DNA from: an uncultured Terricaulis sp.
GTDB taxonomy: Bacteria; Pseudomonadota; Alphaproteobacteria; Caulobacterales; Aquidulcibacteraceae
Assembly: GCA_964653495.1 (NCBI GenBank)
Contig: CAZZFE010000016.1
Location: 2,689-66,688, forward strand
DNA: 64,000 nt
Direction of reading: 5' to 3'
The translations under genes were made by a program, and so were the position numbers. Below are positions 18,490 through 27,051 of the stretch, piece by piece. Within the stretch, counting starts at the first letter, position 1, and each line of letters begins with the position of its first letter. The notes beneath the pieces are model-generated. The model was not told where the DNA came from. It saw only the letters and a program-made list of their open reading frames with translations, and ran no database searches.

Positions 18490-18509
18490 TGTTGCCTCCT
18501 GTGTTCGCA

Positions 18510-19076
18510 CTAACGTTGTTCAAGCAGCAGATTCCGCGCCTTCATGATGGCGAAGCCCAGCAAATTTAGGCCTGGCCACGATTTGGGGTCCTCAGCGCGC
18601 GGGTCATCGGCGGCGAGGCCGATGCCCCAAACGCTATCGACGGGACTTGCTTCGACGAGGACCTTGTCGCCGGTCTCAAGCAGATACGCCCGCAGCGCAG
18701 CATTCTGACCGAATTTGGCGTGATTGCCGCGCAAGACGATGTCGAAGCGCGCGTGCGACCACGTCGCATCGTCAAAATTCTGGATCGTGCGACCGAGCGC
18801 CTTGGCCTTGCCTGGATCGTCGGCGGCGAGGATTTGCGCGCGCGTGGCGTCGTCACCGAACACGCGAGCCTTCTCGGCCATCATGTAGTGCTCCGCGGAA
18901 ACGTACGACGCCCCGTCGATCTCGAAACGAGCGGGCCACCACTGGCTGAGCACGTGTTTTCCGACAGCATCTCCCTTCTTGGAGCGGTGACCCCAAAAGA
19001 GTACGTAGCGCGGCTGTAGGCCGGCTTCGATTGCAGCAATCAGCGATGCGGTATTGTTGATCTCAAGCTCACTCAT
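18510..19076 (-). CDS. NADAR (YbiA-like) family protein
   Basis: FWGH, LSQWW, SAEHYMMAEKA, KALGR, EASPVDSVWGIG and GLNLLG motifs. Confidence 0.93.
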   Translation of the reverse strand: MSELEINNTASLIAAIEAGLQPRYVLFWGHRSKKGDAVGKHVLSQWWPARFEIDGASYVSAEHYMMAEKARVFGDDATRAQILAADDPGKAKALGRTIQNFDDATWSHARFDIVLRGNHAKFGQNAALRAYLLETGDKVLVEASPVDSVWGIGLAADDPRAEDPKSWPGLNLLGFAIMKARNLLLEQR

Positions 19077-19095
19077 CGTTCTTGTCTTGTTGACT

Positions 19096-19123
19096 GGAGG
19101 CGCGAGCTTCCACTCGCGCCTCC
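19096..19123 (-). other. Strong hairpin between rtcB and NADAR (no U tract; possible stability/processing element)
   Basis: GGAGGCGCGAG...CTCGCGCCTCC 11-bp stem. Confidence 0.5.
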
Positions 19124-19129
19124 TTCGGA

Positions 19130-20338
19130 TCAGCCCTTCACGCACACGACCTGGCGCAGCGTGTGCACCACGTCGATCAAGTCCGACTGCGCGGCCATGA
19201 CGGCGTCGATGTCCTTGTAGGCCATCGGTGTTTCGTCGATCACGCCAGCGTCCTTGCGGCATTCCACGCCTTCGGTCGCCTTGCGGTGATCCTCGAGCGT
19301 GAACGTTTGCTTGGCCTTCGTGCGTGACATGGCGCGGCCGGCCCCGTGCGAGCAGGTGCAGAACGAATCTTCGTTGCCCTTGCCGCACACGATGAACGAT
19401 TTCGCGCCCATCGAGCCGGGGATGATGCCGAGCTCGCCTTCGCCCGCGCGCACGGCGCCCTTACGGGTCACCCACACGTCGGCGCCGAAGTGCCGTTCAC
19501 GCGCCACGTAATTGTGGTGGCAGTTCACGGCATGCTTCTCGAGCTTGAACTTCGGCAGGTTGTCGCGAAGCGCACGCAAAGTGCGGTCCATCATCACCTC
19601 GCGGTTGGCGCGCGCGTAGTCTTGCGCCCAGCCGACCGCCGCCACGTAATCGTCGAACAGCTCTTCGCCCTCCATGAAGAAGGCGAGGTCGCGGTCCGGC
19701 ACGTGGTAGCCGAGTTCGCGCTTCAGCAATTCTTCCCGAGCACGCTCGATGAAGTACTTGCCGATCGCGTTGCCCGAGCCGCGCGAACCCGAGTGCAGCA
19801 TCACCCACACGCGGTCCTCTTCGTCGAGGCACACCTCGATGAAGTGATTGCCGCCGCCGAGCGTCGCCAATTGCGCGGTTTGCGCCTTGGCGGACGCCTT
19901 CGGGTGCTTGTCGATGATCGCGCGGTAGCGCTCATCGAGGCCGGAGTCGCGGTAAGACGTCTCCACCGAAGCAGGCGTGTCGCGGTGATTGCCGTTCGGG
20001 CCGTTGCCGTGCGGCACGTTCCGCTCGATCGCGCCGCGCAAGCGCGACAACGAATCCGGCAGATCGTTCGCCGTGAGCGAGGTGCGCATAGCCATCATGC
20101 CGCAACCGATGTCGACGCCGACAGCGGCAGGGATGATCGCGCCCTTGGTCGGGATCACCGAACCAACGGTCGCGCCGATGCCGAAGTGAACGTCGGGCAT
20201 CACAGCGATGTGGCTATGGATGAACGGCAGCGACGCAACATTGCGCAGCTGGTTTTGCGCTTCGTGCTCTACCGGCACGCCGCTGATCCAGGCCTTGATC
20301 GGCGCACGCGCGCCTTCAATCAGTTCAAATCCGGACAT
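19130..20338 (-). CDS. rtcB: RtcB 3'-phosphate/5'-OH RNA ligase
   Basis: MPDVHFG, VGVDIGCGM, GGGNHFIE, HSGSRG, HHNY, RKGA, SHGAGR, DETPMAYK and terminal VKG; AAGGAG RBS. Confidence 0.97.
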   Translation of the reverse strand: MSGFELIEGARAPIKAWISGVPVEHEAQNQLRNVASLPFIHSHIAVMPDVHFGIGATVGSVIPTKGAIIPAAVGVDIGCGMMAMRTSLTANDLPDSLSRLRGAIERNVPHGNGPNGNHRDTPASVETSYRDSGLDERYRAIIDKHPKASAKAQTAQLATLGGGNHFIEVCLDEEDRVWVMLHSGSRGSGNAIGKYFIERAREELLKRELGYHVPDRDLAFFMEGEELFDDYVAAVGWAQDYARANREVMMDRTLRALRDNLPKFKLEKHAVNCHHNYVARERHFGADVWVTRKGAVRAGEGELGIIPGSMGAKSFIVCGKGNEDSFCTCSHGAGRAMSRTKAKQTFTLEDHRKATEGVECRKDAGVIDETPMAYKDIDAVMAAQSDLIDVVHTLRQVVCVKG

Positions 20339-20350
20339 ATCCGGCTCCTT

Positions 20351-20422
20351 AGTCAGTAGTGAGTAGTCAATAGTCAGGCGCTGCGCTTGGTCACTACTGA
20401 CCACCCGCTACTGACTACTGAC
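20351..20422. repeat. Inverted arrays of a 7-nt unit (AGTCAGT-like) forming a hairpin next to the rtcB RBS
   Basis: AGTCAGT AGTGAGT AGTCAAT AGTCAG ... CTACTGA CCACCCG CTACTGA CTACTGA CT. Confidence 0.7.
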
Positions 20423-20446
20423 TTTCAAGCGGCCTGGAGCACATAC

Positions 20447-20484
20447 GAAAAACCCCTCCAGGCCGCGCCTTGGAGGGGTTTTTC
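20447..20484 (-). terminator. Intrinsic terminator in the rtcB 5' region (candidate attenuator)
   Basis: GAAAAACCCCTCCAAGGC-GCG-GCCTGGAGGGGTTTTTC on the minus strand. Confidence 0.85.
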
Positions 20485-20505
20485 ATGCTCCGTTGTCCGA
20501 AGACG

Positions 20506-20601
20506 TTACGTTGCAGAACTCCTCCACGCGCACGAATCCATCCGCTCGCCGCGATATGCGACGATGACTGGGTTCTGGGCGAATAGGCTCTGCGTTTTCA
20601 C
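20506..20601 (-). CDS. Putative 31-aa rtcB leader peptide (MKTQSLFAQNPVIVAYRGERMDSCAWRSSAT)
   Basis: GGAG RBS and GTG start; its TGGAGGAGTT segment is complementary to the 5' arm of the terminator. Confidence 0.6.
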   Translation of the reverse strand: MKTQSLFAQNPVIVAYRGERMDSCAWRSSAT

Positions 20602-20624
20602 GACACGTCTCCGAATGGGCCGCG

Positions 20625-20653
20625 CAGATAACATATGATTTGCGCGATTGCAC
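20625..20653 (-). promoter_or_regulatory. Possible sigma70-type promoter of the rtcB leader
   Basis: GTGCAA-N17-TATCTG about 25 nt upstream of the leader start. Confidence 0.35.
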
Positions 20654-20678
20654 GCGGAAAAATCGCCGTCTCCAGAAT

Positions 20679-21458
20679 CTACATATCGCGCGCCATGTCC
20701 TCTTCGTCGTCCGCGGCGATCGGCAGGCCTTGCGCGATGAGCATGGACCAGACTTCCTCGGCAGTTTCCGCGAACCGGAAGAGTTCGAGATCGGCTGCAT
20801 CGATCGCGCCGAATTCAAGCAGCTTCTGAAAGTTGATGACCTCCCGCCAATAGCGCTCACGAAATAGCACGACTGGAATGCGCGGCGCTTTGCCGGTTTG
20901 CCGAAGCGTCAACACCTCGAACAATTCATCCAGCGTGCCGAAGCCGCCGGGAAACACGACAAGCGCTTTGGCGCGCATCGCGAGGTGCATCTTGCGCATC
21001 GCGAAATAGTGAAAGTTGAACGTGAGCGCGGGCGTGGAATACGCGTTCGGCTCTTGCTCGTGCGGCAGCGTGATGTTGAAGCCGATGGAGGGCGCGCCGG
21101 CGTCCAGCGCGCCGCGATTGGCGGCCTCCATCGCGCCGGGGCCGCCGCCGGTTGCAATCACGTTGTAGCGCATGTCGCCGTCATCGCAGAGCGCGCCGCC
21201 ACGCTCCGACGCAATGCGGCCGAACTCGCGCGCGGCGGCGTAGAGTTCCGAATGTCCGTTTGCGCCGTCTTCCCGCGTGCGTGCGGAGCCGAACACCACG
21301 ATGGTGGACGCTATCCGCGCTGCCTTCAGCGCCTGCTCAACTTTCTCGTACTCAAGCAGGAAGCGGATGCCGCGTGTCGCCTCGCTCAGCAGAAAATCCT
21401 GGTCGAGCGCGGCGAGGCGGTAGGAGGGGGAGGCTTTTTGCGCGGAATTGTCGGTCAT
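20679..21458 (-). CDS. LOG-family (TIGR00730) Rossmann-fold nucleotide phosphoribohydrolase
   Basis: FGSAR, TGGGPGAMEAANRGA and PGGFGTLDELFE. Confidence 0.92.
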   Translation of the reverse strand: MTDNSAQKASPSYRLAALDQDFLLSEATRGIRFLLEYEKVEQALKAARIASTIVVFGSARTREDGANGHSELYAAAREFGRIASERGGALCDDGDMRYNVIATGGGPGAMEAANRGALDAGAPSIGFNITLPHEQEPNAYSTPALTFNFHYFAMRKMHLAMRAKALVVFPGGFGTLDELFEVLTLRQTGKAPRIPVVLFRERYWREVINFQKLLEFGAIDAADLELFRFAETAEEVWSMLIAQGLPIAADDEEDMARDM

Positions 21459-21551
21459 GGCTCGGATTACCATATCCCCAAGTGGCACGTCATTCCGGAC
21501 GCGCGCCGCGCACCCGAAACGATCTGTGTGCTAAGTTCGTTCAACTGATTC

Positions 21552-23426
21552 ATGCCCATCCGCCGTCTCCCCCCAGAAGCCGTGAACCGCATCGCCGCCG
21601 GCGAGGTGATCGAGCGCCCTGCCGCTGCCGTGAAGGAGCTGGTGGAAAATGCGCTCGACGCTGGCGCGAAGCGCGTTGACGTGCGCATCGCGCGTGGCGG
21701 CTTGGGGCTGATCTCGATCGAAGACGATGGCGGCGGCATTCCGAAGGACGAGCTCGCGCTCGCAGTCGAACGCCACGCGACGTCGAAGCTCGTCGCTGAG
21801 GATAGTGGCGCCGTCGATCTCTTGAACATCCACACGATGGGTTTCCGTGGCGAAGCGCTGCCGTCGATCGGTGCGGTCGCGCGGTTGGCGATCACGTCGC
21901 GTGCGCGCGGGCTGAGCGATGCATGGCGCATCGATGTAGAGGGCGGCGCTCTCGAAGCGGCGCGGCCAGCGTCGTGGGCGGCGCTCTCCGAGAGCGGGGC
22001 GCTGGTCGAGGTGCGCGATCTATTCTTTGCGACGCCGGCGCGGCTCAAGTTCATGAAGAGCGAACGCGCGGAGGCGATGGCGATCAATGACGTGATGAAG
22101 CGCCTCGCCATGGCGCGGCCGGATGTTGCGTTCACGCTGGAGAATGATGGGCGCGCGGTGTTGCGCCTCTCGGCGGAGCGCGATCCCGAAGGCGAGGGGC
22201 GTCGCGCGCGATTGGCTGCGATCCTCGGCGCTGAGTTCGCGCCGAACTCGCTGGCGCTCGATCAAAAGCGCGACACGGTGCGGCTCACTGGCTTTGCCGG
22301 TCTGCCGACATTCGCCCGCGGCACGCGCGAGCATCAGCATCTGTTCGTCAATGGCCGGCCCGTGAAGGACAAGCTGATCGTCGGCGCCGTGCGTGCAGCG
22401 TATCAGGATTTGTTGGCGCGCGACCGGCATCCGGTCGTCGCGCTGTTCCTCGATCTGCCGCCGGGCGATGTGGACGTGAACGTCCACCCGGCGAAAACCG
22501 AGGTGCGCTTCCGCGATGCGGCGATGGTGCGTGGGTTGATTGTCGGTGCGCTGAGCCACGCGCTCGCCGGCGCTGGCCATCGTGCCAGCACGACAACAGC
22601 GCAAAGCGCGCTGAGCGCTGTTCGCCCGCACTACAATCCGCAACCCGCCTTGCGTGCGTGGAGCGCGGCGGAGGAGCATCTCGTCTCCGCCGATTTTGTG
22701 ATGCCGAGCGGGCGGGTGGAGTATGGACCGCCGGCGTCCTCGCCGGCCGGCGCTATGCCCACAGAGTTTTCTCTAACGTCAGACGTCGCGCATGCCGGCG
22801 GGACGCCGGCGGTCCATATTGATGTGAGCGACGAAGACGCGCGCTTCTTTCCGCTCGGCGCCGCGCGTGCGCAGATCCACGAGACCTACATCGTCGCCCA
22901 AACCGAGGACGGCATTGTCATCGTCGATCAACACGCCGCGCACGAGCGTCTCGTCTACGAGCGCATGAAGCAGATGCTGGCCAATGGCGGCGTGCGGCGG
23001 CAAGCGCTGCTGATCCCTGAGGTGGTCGAACTCGATCCGTCCGAAGCGGAGGCGCTCGCCGCGCGCGCGGAGGAACTGGCGCAGCTTGGCCTCGTCATCG
23101 AACCGTTCGGCCCTGGCGCGATCCTCATCCGCGAGACGCCGTCGCTGCTTGGTCACGTCGATGCGGCAGGGTTGCTGAAGGATTTGGCGGACGACGTCGC
23201 TGAGCTTGGCGAAGCGCACGCGCTGAAAGAGCGGCTGGAAGAGGTGTGCTCATCCATGGCTTGCCGCGGGTCCGTTCGTGCGGGCCGCCGGCTCACAGGC
23301 GAGGAAATGAACGCGCTGTTACGCCAAATGGAAGCAACGCCGTTCTCCGGCCAATGCAATCATGGGCGGCCGACCTATGTCGAGTTGAAGCTCGCTGACA
23401 TTGAAAAGCTATTCGGCCGCCGCTGA
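21552..23426 (+). CDS. mutL: DNA mismatch repair endonuclease MutL
   Basis: [39 protein letters not shown] and CNHGRP. Confidence 0.97.
   Translation: MPIRRLPPEAVNRIAAGEVIERPAAAVKELVENALDAGAKRVDVRIARGGLGLISIEDDGGGIPKDELALAVERHATSKLVAEDSGAVDLLNIHTMGFRGEALPSIGAVARLAITSRARGLSDAWRIDVEGGALEAARPASWAALSESGALVEVRDLFFATPARLKFMKSERAEAMAINDVMKRLAMARPDVAFTLENDGRAVLRLSAERDPEGEGRRARLAAILGAEFAPNSLALDQKRDTVRLTGFAGLPTFARGTREHQHLFVNGRPVKDKLIVGAVRAAYQDLLARDRHPVVALFLDLPPGDVDVNVHPAKTEVRFRDAAMVRGLIVGALSHALAGAGHRASTTTAQSALSAVRPHYNPQPALRAWSAAEEHLVSADFVMPSGRVEYGPPASSPAGAMPTEFSLTSDVAHAGGTPAVHIDVSDEDARFFPLGAARAQIHETYIVAQTEDGIVIVDQHAAHERLVYERMKQMLANGGVRRQALLIPEVVELDPSEAEALAARAEELAQLGLVIEPFGPGAILIRETPSLLGHVDAAGLLKDLADDVAELGEAHALKERLEEVCSSMACRGSVRAGRRLTGEEMNALLRQMEATPFSGQCNHGRPTYVELKLADIEKLFGRR
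22722..22818. repeat. Palindromic element lying in frame within the MutL linker
   Basis: TATGGACCGCCGGCGTCCTCGCCGGC ... GCCGGCGGGACGCCGGCGGTCCATA. Confidence 0.8.
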
Positions 23427-23531
23427 GCGTCCGGCGTTAGCAATTCATCCCGAAAAAGCCCGGTTTCGCGCTTGCATCCGCCGCTAGACGGGCAAAGAGT
23501 GCCGCCGTTGAGGGATGTTCTGGGGAATCAC

Positions 23532-24428
23532 ATGAAGAGCCTCGTGAAAACGTTGGCCGCCGCGGCGGCGATTTGCGCTCTGGCCGCGCCGGCCTACGCG
23601 CAAAATCTGAACACTGGCGCGACCGGTTCGTACGGCGAAGTGCGTCTCAATTCCGGCTTCACGCCTGATCCGCACCAAGTGACGGTCATCGCCGGCGGCC
23701 CGATCAATGCGAGCACGTCGCGCGCGGGCGCGTCATGCGTCGGCCACATCACGCAACGGCCAAGCTTCTCGCTCCGCTACACGGCGGGCTCGCTGCCGCT
23801 GTTCATCTCAACCAGCTCCGAGAACGATACGACGCTGGTCATCCGCGCGCCGGACGGCACGTGGCTGTGCGACGACGACAGCGGCGGCGGCGCCAACGCG
23901 CAAGTCCGCATCGATACGCCGGCGACGGGCCGCTATCAGATTTGGGTCGGCCGCTATGCCGAAGGTGACGCGCAGCCCGCGTTCCTCAACATCTCCGAAG
24001 TGCTGCCGCTGCCGGATTACACGCTCAACGCCACCTACGGCACGGTCGACCTCACGTCCGGCTTCACGCCTGATCCGCACACGGTCGCGATCGCCGCTGG
24101 CGGCGGTGTCGACGCCGCCAATCTTGGTGTTCAAGGCTGCACTGGCCGCATCGCCCGTTCGCCGGATTTCCGCGTGAACTGGACGGCGGGCTCCGGCGCG
24201 TTGCCGCTGATCTTTTCGGTCGCTTCAAGCGCCGACACGACGCTCGTCATCAATGACGCGACGGGCGCGTGGATCTGCGATGACGACGGCGGCGAAGCTG
24301 GCCTCAACCCGATGATCCGCTTCGACCAGCCGGCGTCTGGCCAATACGACGTGTGGGTCGGCGTCTTCGGCGACACCGATGAACTGCCGCCGTCCGTGCT
24401 GCACGTTTCGGAAATCGCGTCGCAATAA
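23532..24428 (+). CDS. Exported protein with two tandem PPC-like beta-sandwich repeats
   Basis: Signal peptide; duplicated YG.V.L.SGFTPDPH...DTTLVI....G.W.CDDD.G. Confidence 0.7.
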   Translation: MKSLVKTLAAAAAICALAAPAYAQNLNTGATGSYGEVRLNSGFTPDPHQVTVIAGGPINASTSRAGASCVGHITQRPSFSLRYTAGSLPLFISTSSENDTTLVIRAPDGTWLCDDDSGGGANAQVRIDTPATGRYQIWVGRYAEGDAQPAFLNISEVLPLPDYTLNATYGTVDLTSGFTPDPHTVAIAAGGGVDAANLGVQGCTGRIARSPDFRVNWTAGSGALPLIFSVASSADTTLVINDATGAWICDDDGGEAGLNPMIRFDQPASGQYDVWVGVFGDTDELPPSVLHVSEIASQ

Positions 24429-24451
24429 GTCGCGCGACAAAGTTCAACGAA

Positions 24452-24487
24452 GGCCGCGCTCGGTAACGGGCGCGGCCATTTTCGTTT
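24452..24487 (+). terminator. Intrinsic terminator
   Basis: GGCCGCGCTCG-GTAA-CGGGCGCGGCC followed by ATTTTCGTTT. Confidence 0.7.
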
Positions 24488-24490
24488 GCG

Positions 24491-24931
24491 CTACCAGGCG
24501 CCGGTGTTTTGCATCGAAGCCCACGGCTCTTGCGGCGCGAGGTTTGGGCCTTCCTGCAGCAGCTCGATCGAAATGCCGTCCGGCGAACGCACGAACGCCA
24601 TGTGCCCGTCGCGCGGCGGGCGGTTGATGGTCACGCCCGCATCCATCAGCTTTTGGCAAAGCGCGTAGATGTCCTTCACGCGATAGGCGAGGTGGCCGAA
24701 ATTGCGCCCGCCGCCATATTCGTGCTCATCCCAATTGTAGGTGAGCTCCACCATCGGCGCCTTCCGCTCGCGCGCCAGTTCCACGTCCTCGGGCGCGGCG
24801 AGAAACACCAGCGTGAAGCGGCCCTTCTCGTTTTCCATGCGGTTCATCTCGACGAGGCCGAGCTTGGCGCAGAAGAAATCAAGCGCGGCGTCCAAATCGC
24901 CGACGCGGATCATGGAGTGCAGGTAACGCAT
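24491..24931 (-). CDS. gloA: Lactoylglutathione lyase (VOC family)
   Basis: [21 protein letters not shown] and [21 protein letters not shown]. Confidence 0.85.
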   Translation of the reverse strand: MRYLHSMIRVGDLDAALDFFCAKLGLVEMNRMENEKGRFTLVFLAAPEDVELARERKAPMVELTYNWDEHEYGGGRNFGHLAYRVKDIYALCQKLMDAGVTINRPPRDGHMAFVRSPDGISIELLQEGPNLAPQEPWASMQNTGAW

Positions 24932-24974
24932 GGAAAAGTCCTCTCGCGTCTGATGTAGCGCCTGTGCGGCGGTT

Positions 24975-25446
24975 TCACCACCGCGCGCTTGGCTCTTGGC
25001 CGTCGAACACCTCCGCTAGGCGCCTGAGCGTGCCCTTGGTGACGCCCTCCGGCAGCGCGTCGCGGGAGAAGAAGCCGCGCTCGGCGATCTCGTTGTCTTG
25101 CTTCGGCGGGCAGGGACGCCAGGCCGCGTAGCAATAGAGCGCGACGTGGTCGTGGCGGAAATTGTGGTCGTTGGAATAGAAGCCGATCAGCTTCGGCGCG
25201 CCGATCGGCTCGACGCCGCCTTCCTCCGCCATCTCGCGGATCAGCGCCTCAATGGCGTTCTCGCCGTGCTCGACGCCGCCGCCGGGAAAGTGCCAACCCT
25301 TGCTGTAAGTGTGTCGCACCAGCAGCACGCGGCCAGCTTCATCGAGCGCTACTCCGCGCACACCGAGCGTCATCGAGCGTTGAAAGCGCCACCATGCGGA
25401 AGATCGGCGTTAGCACCGGCTCAAGCAGAATGCGCCAGTCGGGCAT
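24975..25446 (-). pseudogene. NUDIX hydrolase with an apparent frameshift near 25395 (or a shorter gene from ATG 25373)
   Basis: Nudix box GGGVEHGENAIEALIREMAEEGG; N-terminal MPDWRILLEPVLTPIFR is out of frame with WWRFQRSMTLGVRG. Confidence 0.65.
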
Positions 25447-25581
25447 CAATGCAGACTCGCCATGCAAGTTTGCGTGTCGCGCAGGCCAACCGATTGTTCT
25501 TGTTGATCGTGCATTCGTGATCACAACATAAGGTGAGAGCTGAGCGGCTCTAACTTGTTGCACGCCGTTGGGAGCGTTGTC

Positions 25582-26415
25582 ATGTCCGCGCCAATGACCA
25601 ATGCAACCTTGCCCGCGCCAAAACTGGCTGGCGGGCCATACGTCATGGGCGTGCTGAATGTCACCCCGGACTCGTTCTCCGATGGCGGGCGCTGGGCCGA
25701 AGGCGCCGCCACGCCGCACGCGTTGGCGATGCTCGAAGCCGGCGCTGACATCATCGATGTCGGCGGTGAATCCACGCGTCCGGGCGCTGCGCCGGTGTCG
25801 GCGGAGGAGGAGATCGCCCGCGTCGTGCCGGTGATCGCGGCGATCCGCGCGCGCTCGAATGGGGTGATCTCGATCGACACGATGAAGCCGCAAGTGGCGC
25901 TCGCCGCGGCTCGTGTCGGCGCTTCGATGTGGAACGATGTGGCGGCGTTGCGTGAGCCGGGCGCTTTGGCGATGGCCGCTTCGCTCAACAATCCTGTCGT
26001 GCTGATGCACATGCAGGGTGAGCCGCGGACGATGCAATCGGATCCGCGCTACGACGATGTGGTGGCGGACGTGATCGTCTATTTGCGCGAGCGCGTGGAG
26101 GCTGCTGCGCGTGCGGGCGTGACGAACATCTGGGTCGATCCGGGCATCGGCTTCGGCAAGACGCTCGCGCACAATTTGGCGCTGCTGAACGCGGTTGGCC
26201 GTATCGAGGAAGAAACCGGCAAGCCGGTGCTCATCGGCGCCTCGCGCAAGAGCTTCATCGGCAAGATCGATCCCAATTCCGACGCCGGCGCCGGCCGCCT
26301 CGGCGGCTCGCTCGCCGCAGCGTTGATCGCAGCGCAAAACGGCGCACAGATGCTGCGTGTTCATGACGTGGCGGAGACGGTGCAAGCGCTGAAGGTCTGG
26401 AAGGCGACGCTCTAG
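25582..26415 (+). CDS. folP: Dihydropteroate synthase
   Basis: MGVLNVTPDSFSDGG, GGESTRPG, DPGIGFGK, SRKS and RVHDV. Confidence 0.96.
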   Translation: MSAPMTNATLPAPKLAGGPYVMGVLNVTPDSFSDGGRWAEGAATPHALAMLEAGADIIDVGGESTRPGAAPVSAEEEIARVVPVIAAIRARSNGVISIDTMKPQVALAAARVGASMWNDVAALREPGALAMAASLNNPVVLMHMQGEPRTMQSDPRYDDVVADVIVYLRERVEAAARAGVTNIWVDPGIGFGKTLAHNLALLNAVGRIEEETGKPVLIGASRKSFIGKIDPNSDAGAGRLGGSLAAALIAAQNGAQMLRVHDVAETVQALKVWKATL

Positions 26416-26463
26416 GCTAACCCCTGGGGTTACTTTTCGCGTCGTTCCTGCTACGTTTCAGCC

Positions 26464-27051
26464 ATGGCTGATACGCACCGCCAATCGCGATGGACGCTGC
26501 CTGAGTTCCTCGCATGGGAGGAGCAGCAGGACACCCGCAACGAGTTCGTTGACGGGCGCGTGCGCGCCATGGTTGGCGGGACGCGACGCCACAATGCGAT
26601 CGCGCTCAATGTGGCGTCGTTTCTGTCGCGTCGCCTGCGTGGATCGAAGTGCGCTCCATACGGCGCGGATATGAAAACAGTGACCCCGGCGGGCAACGTG
26701 CGCTACGCGGACGTGACCGTCGATTGTGGTCCCATGAAGGGCGATGACATTGCGGCCACTGAGCCGACGGTCGTGGTTGAGGTGCTTTCGAAAAGCACGA
26801 GCTACGTCGATCAATCGCACAAGCTGGATGATTACCAGTCGATCCCGAGCATGCGTCACATCTTGCATCTTTCACAGGACCGCGCAGAGGGCGCGCTGTG
26901 GACACGCGATGAGAAAGGTTGGCGTCGCGAGCCGCTCGCAGGGCTTGAGGCGGAGGCCGATCTGTCCGCCATTGGCGTGAAGCTCGCACTCGCCGACGCC
27001 TACGAGGGTGTGACGTTCGATCCCGAGCCCGACGGAGCGAACGACACTTGA
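26464..27051 (+). CDS. Uma2/DUF820 restriction-endonuclease-like protein
   Basis: RNEFVDG, RYADVTV, PTVVVEVLSKST and K...Y. Confidence 0.85.
   Translation: MADTHRQSRWTLPEFLAWEEQQDTRNEFVDGRVRAMVGGTRRHNAIALNVASFLSRRLRGSKCAPYGADMKTVTPAGNVRYADVTVDCGPMKGDDIAATEPTVVVEVLSKSTSYVDQSHKLDDYQSIPSMRHILHLSQDRAEGALWTRDEKGWRREPLAGLEAEADLSAIGVKLALADAYEGVTFDPEPDGANDT

Noticed and set aside
20351-20422. Possible CRISPR array (also considered for 61079-61167)
   Set aside because: The 7-nt units have no spacers and there are no cas genes.
26464-27051. Uma2 nuclease as a defence system
   Set aside because: Solitary gene between folP and thiD; such genes are commonly scattered and no partner is present.
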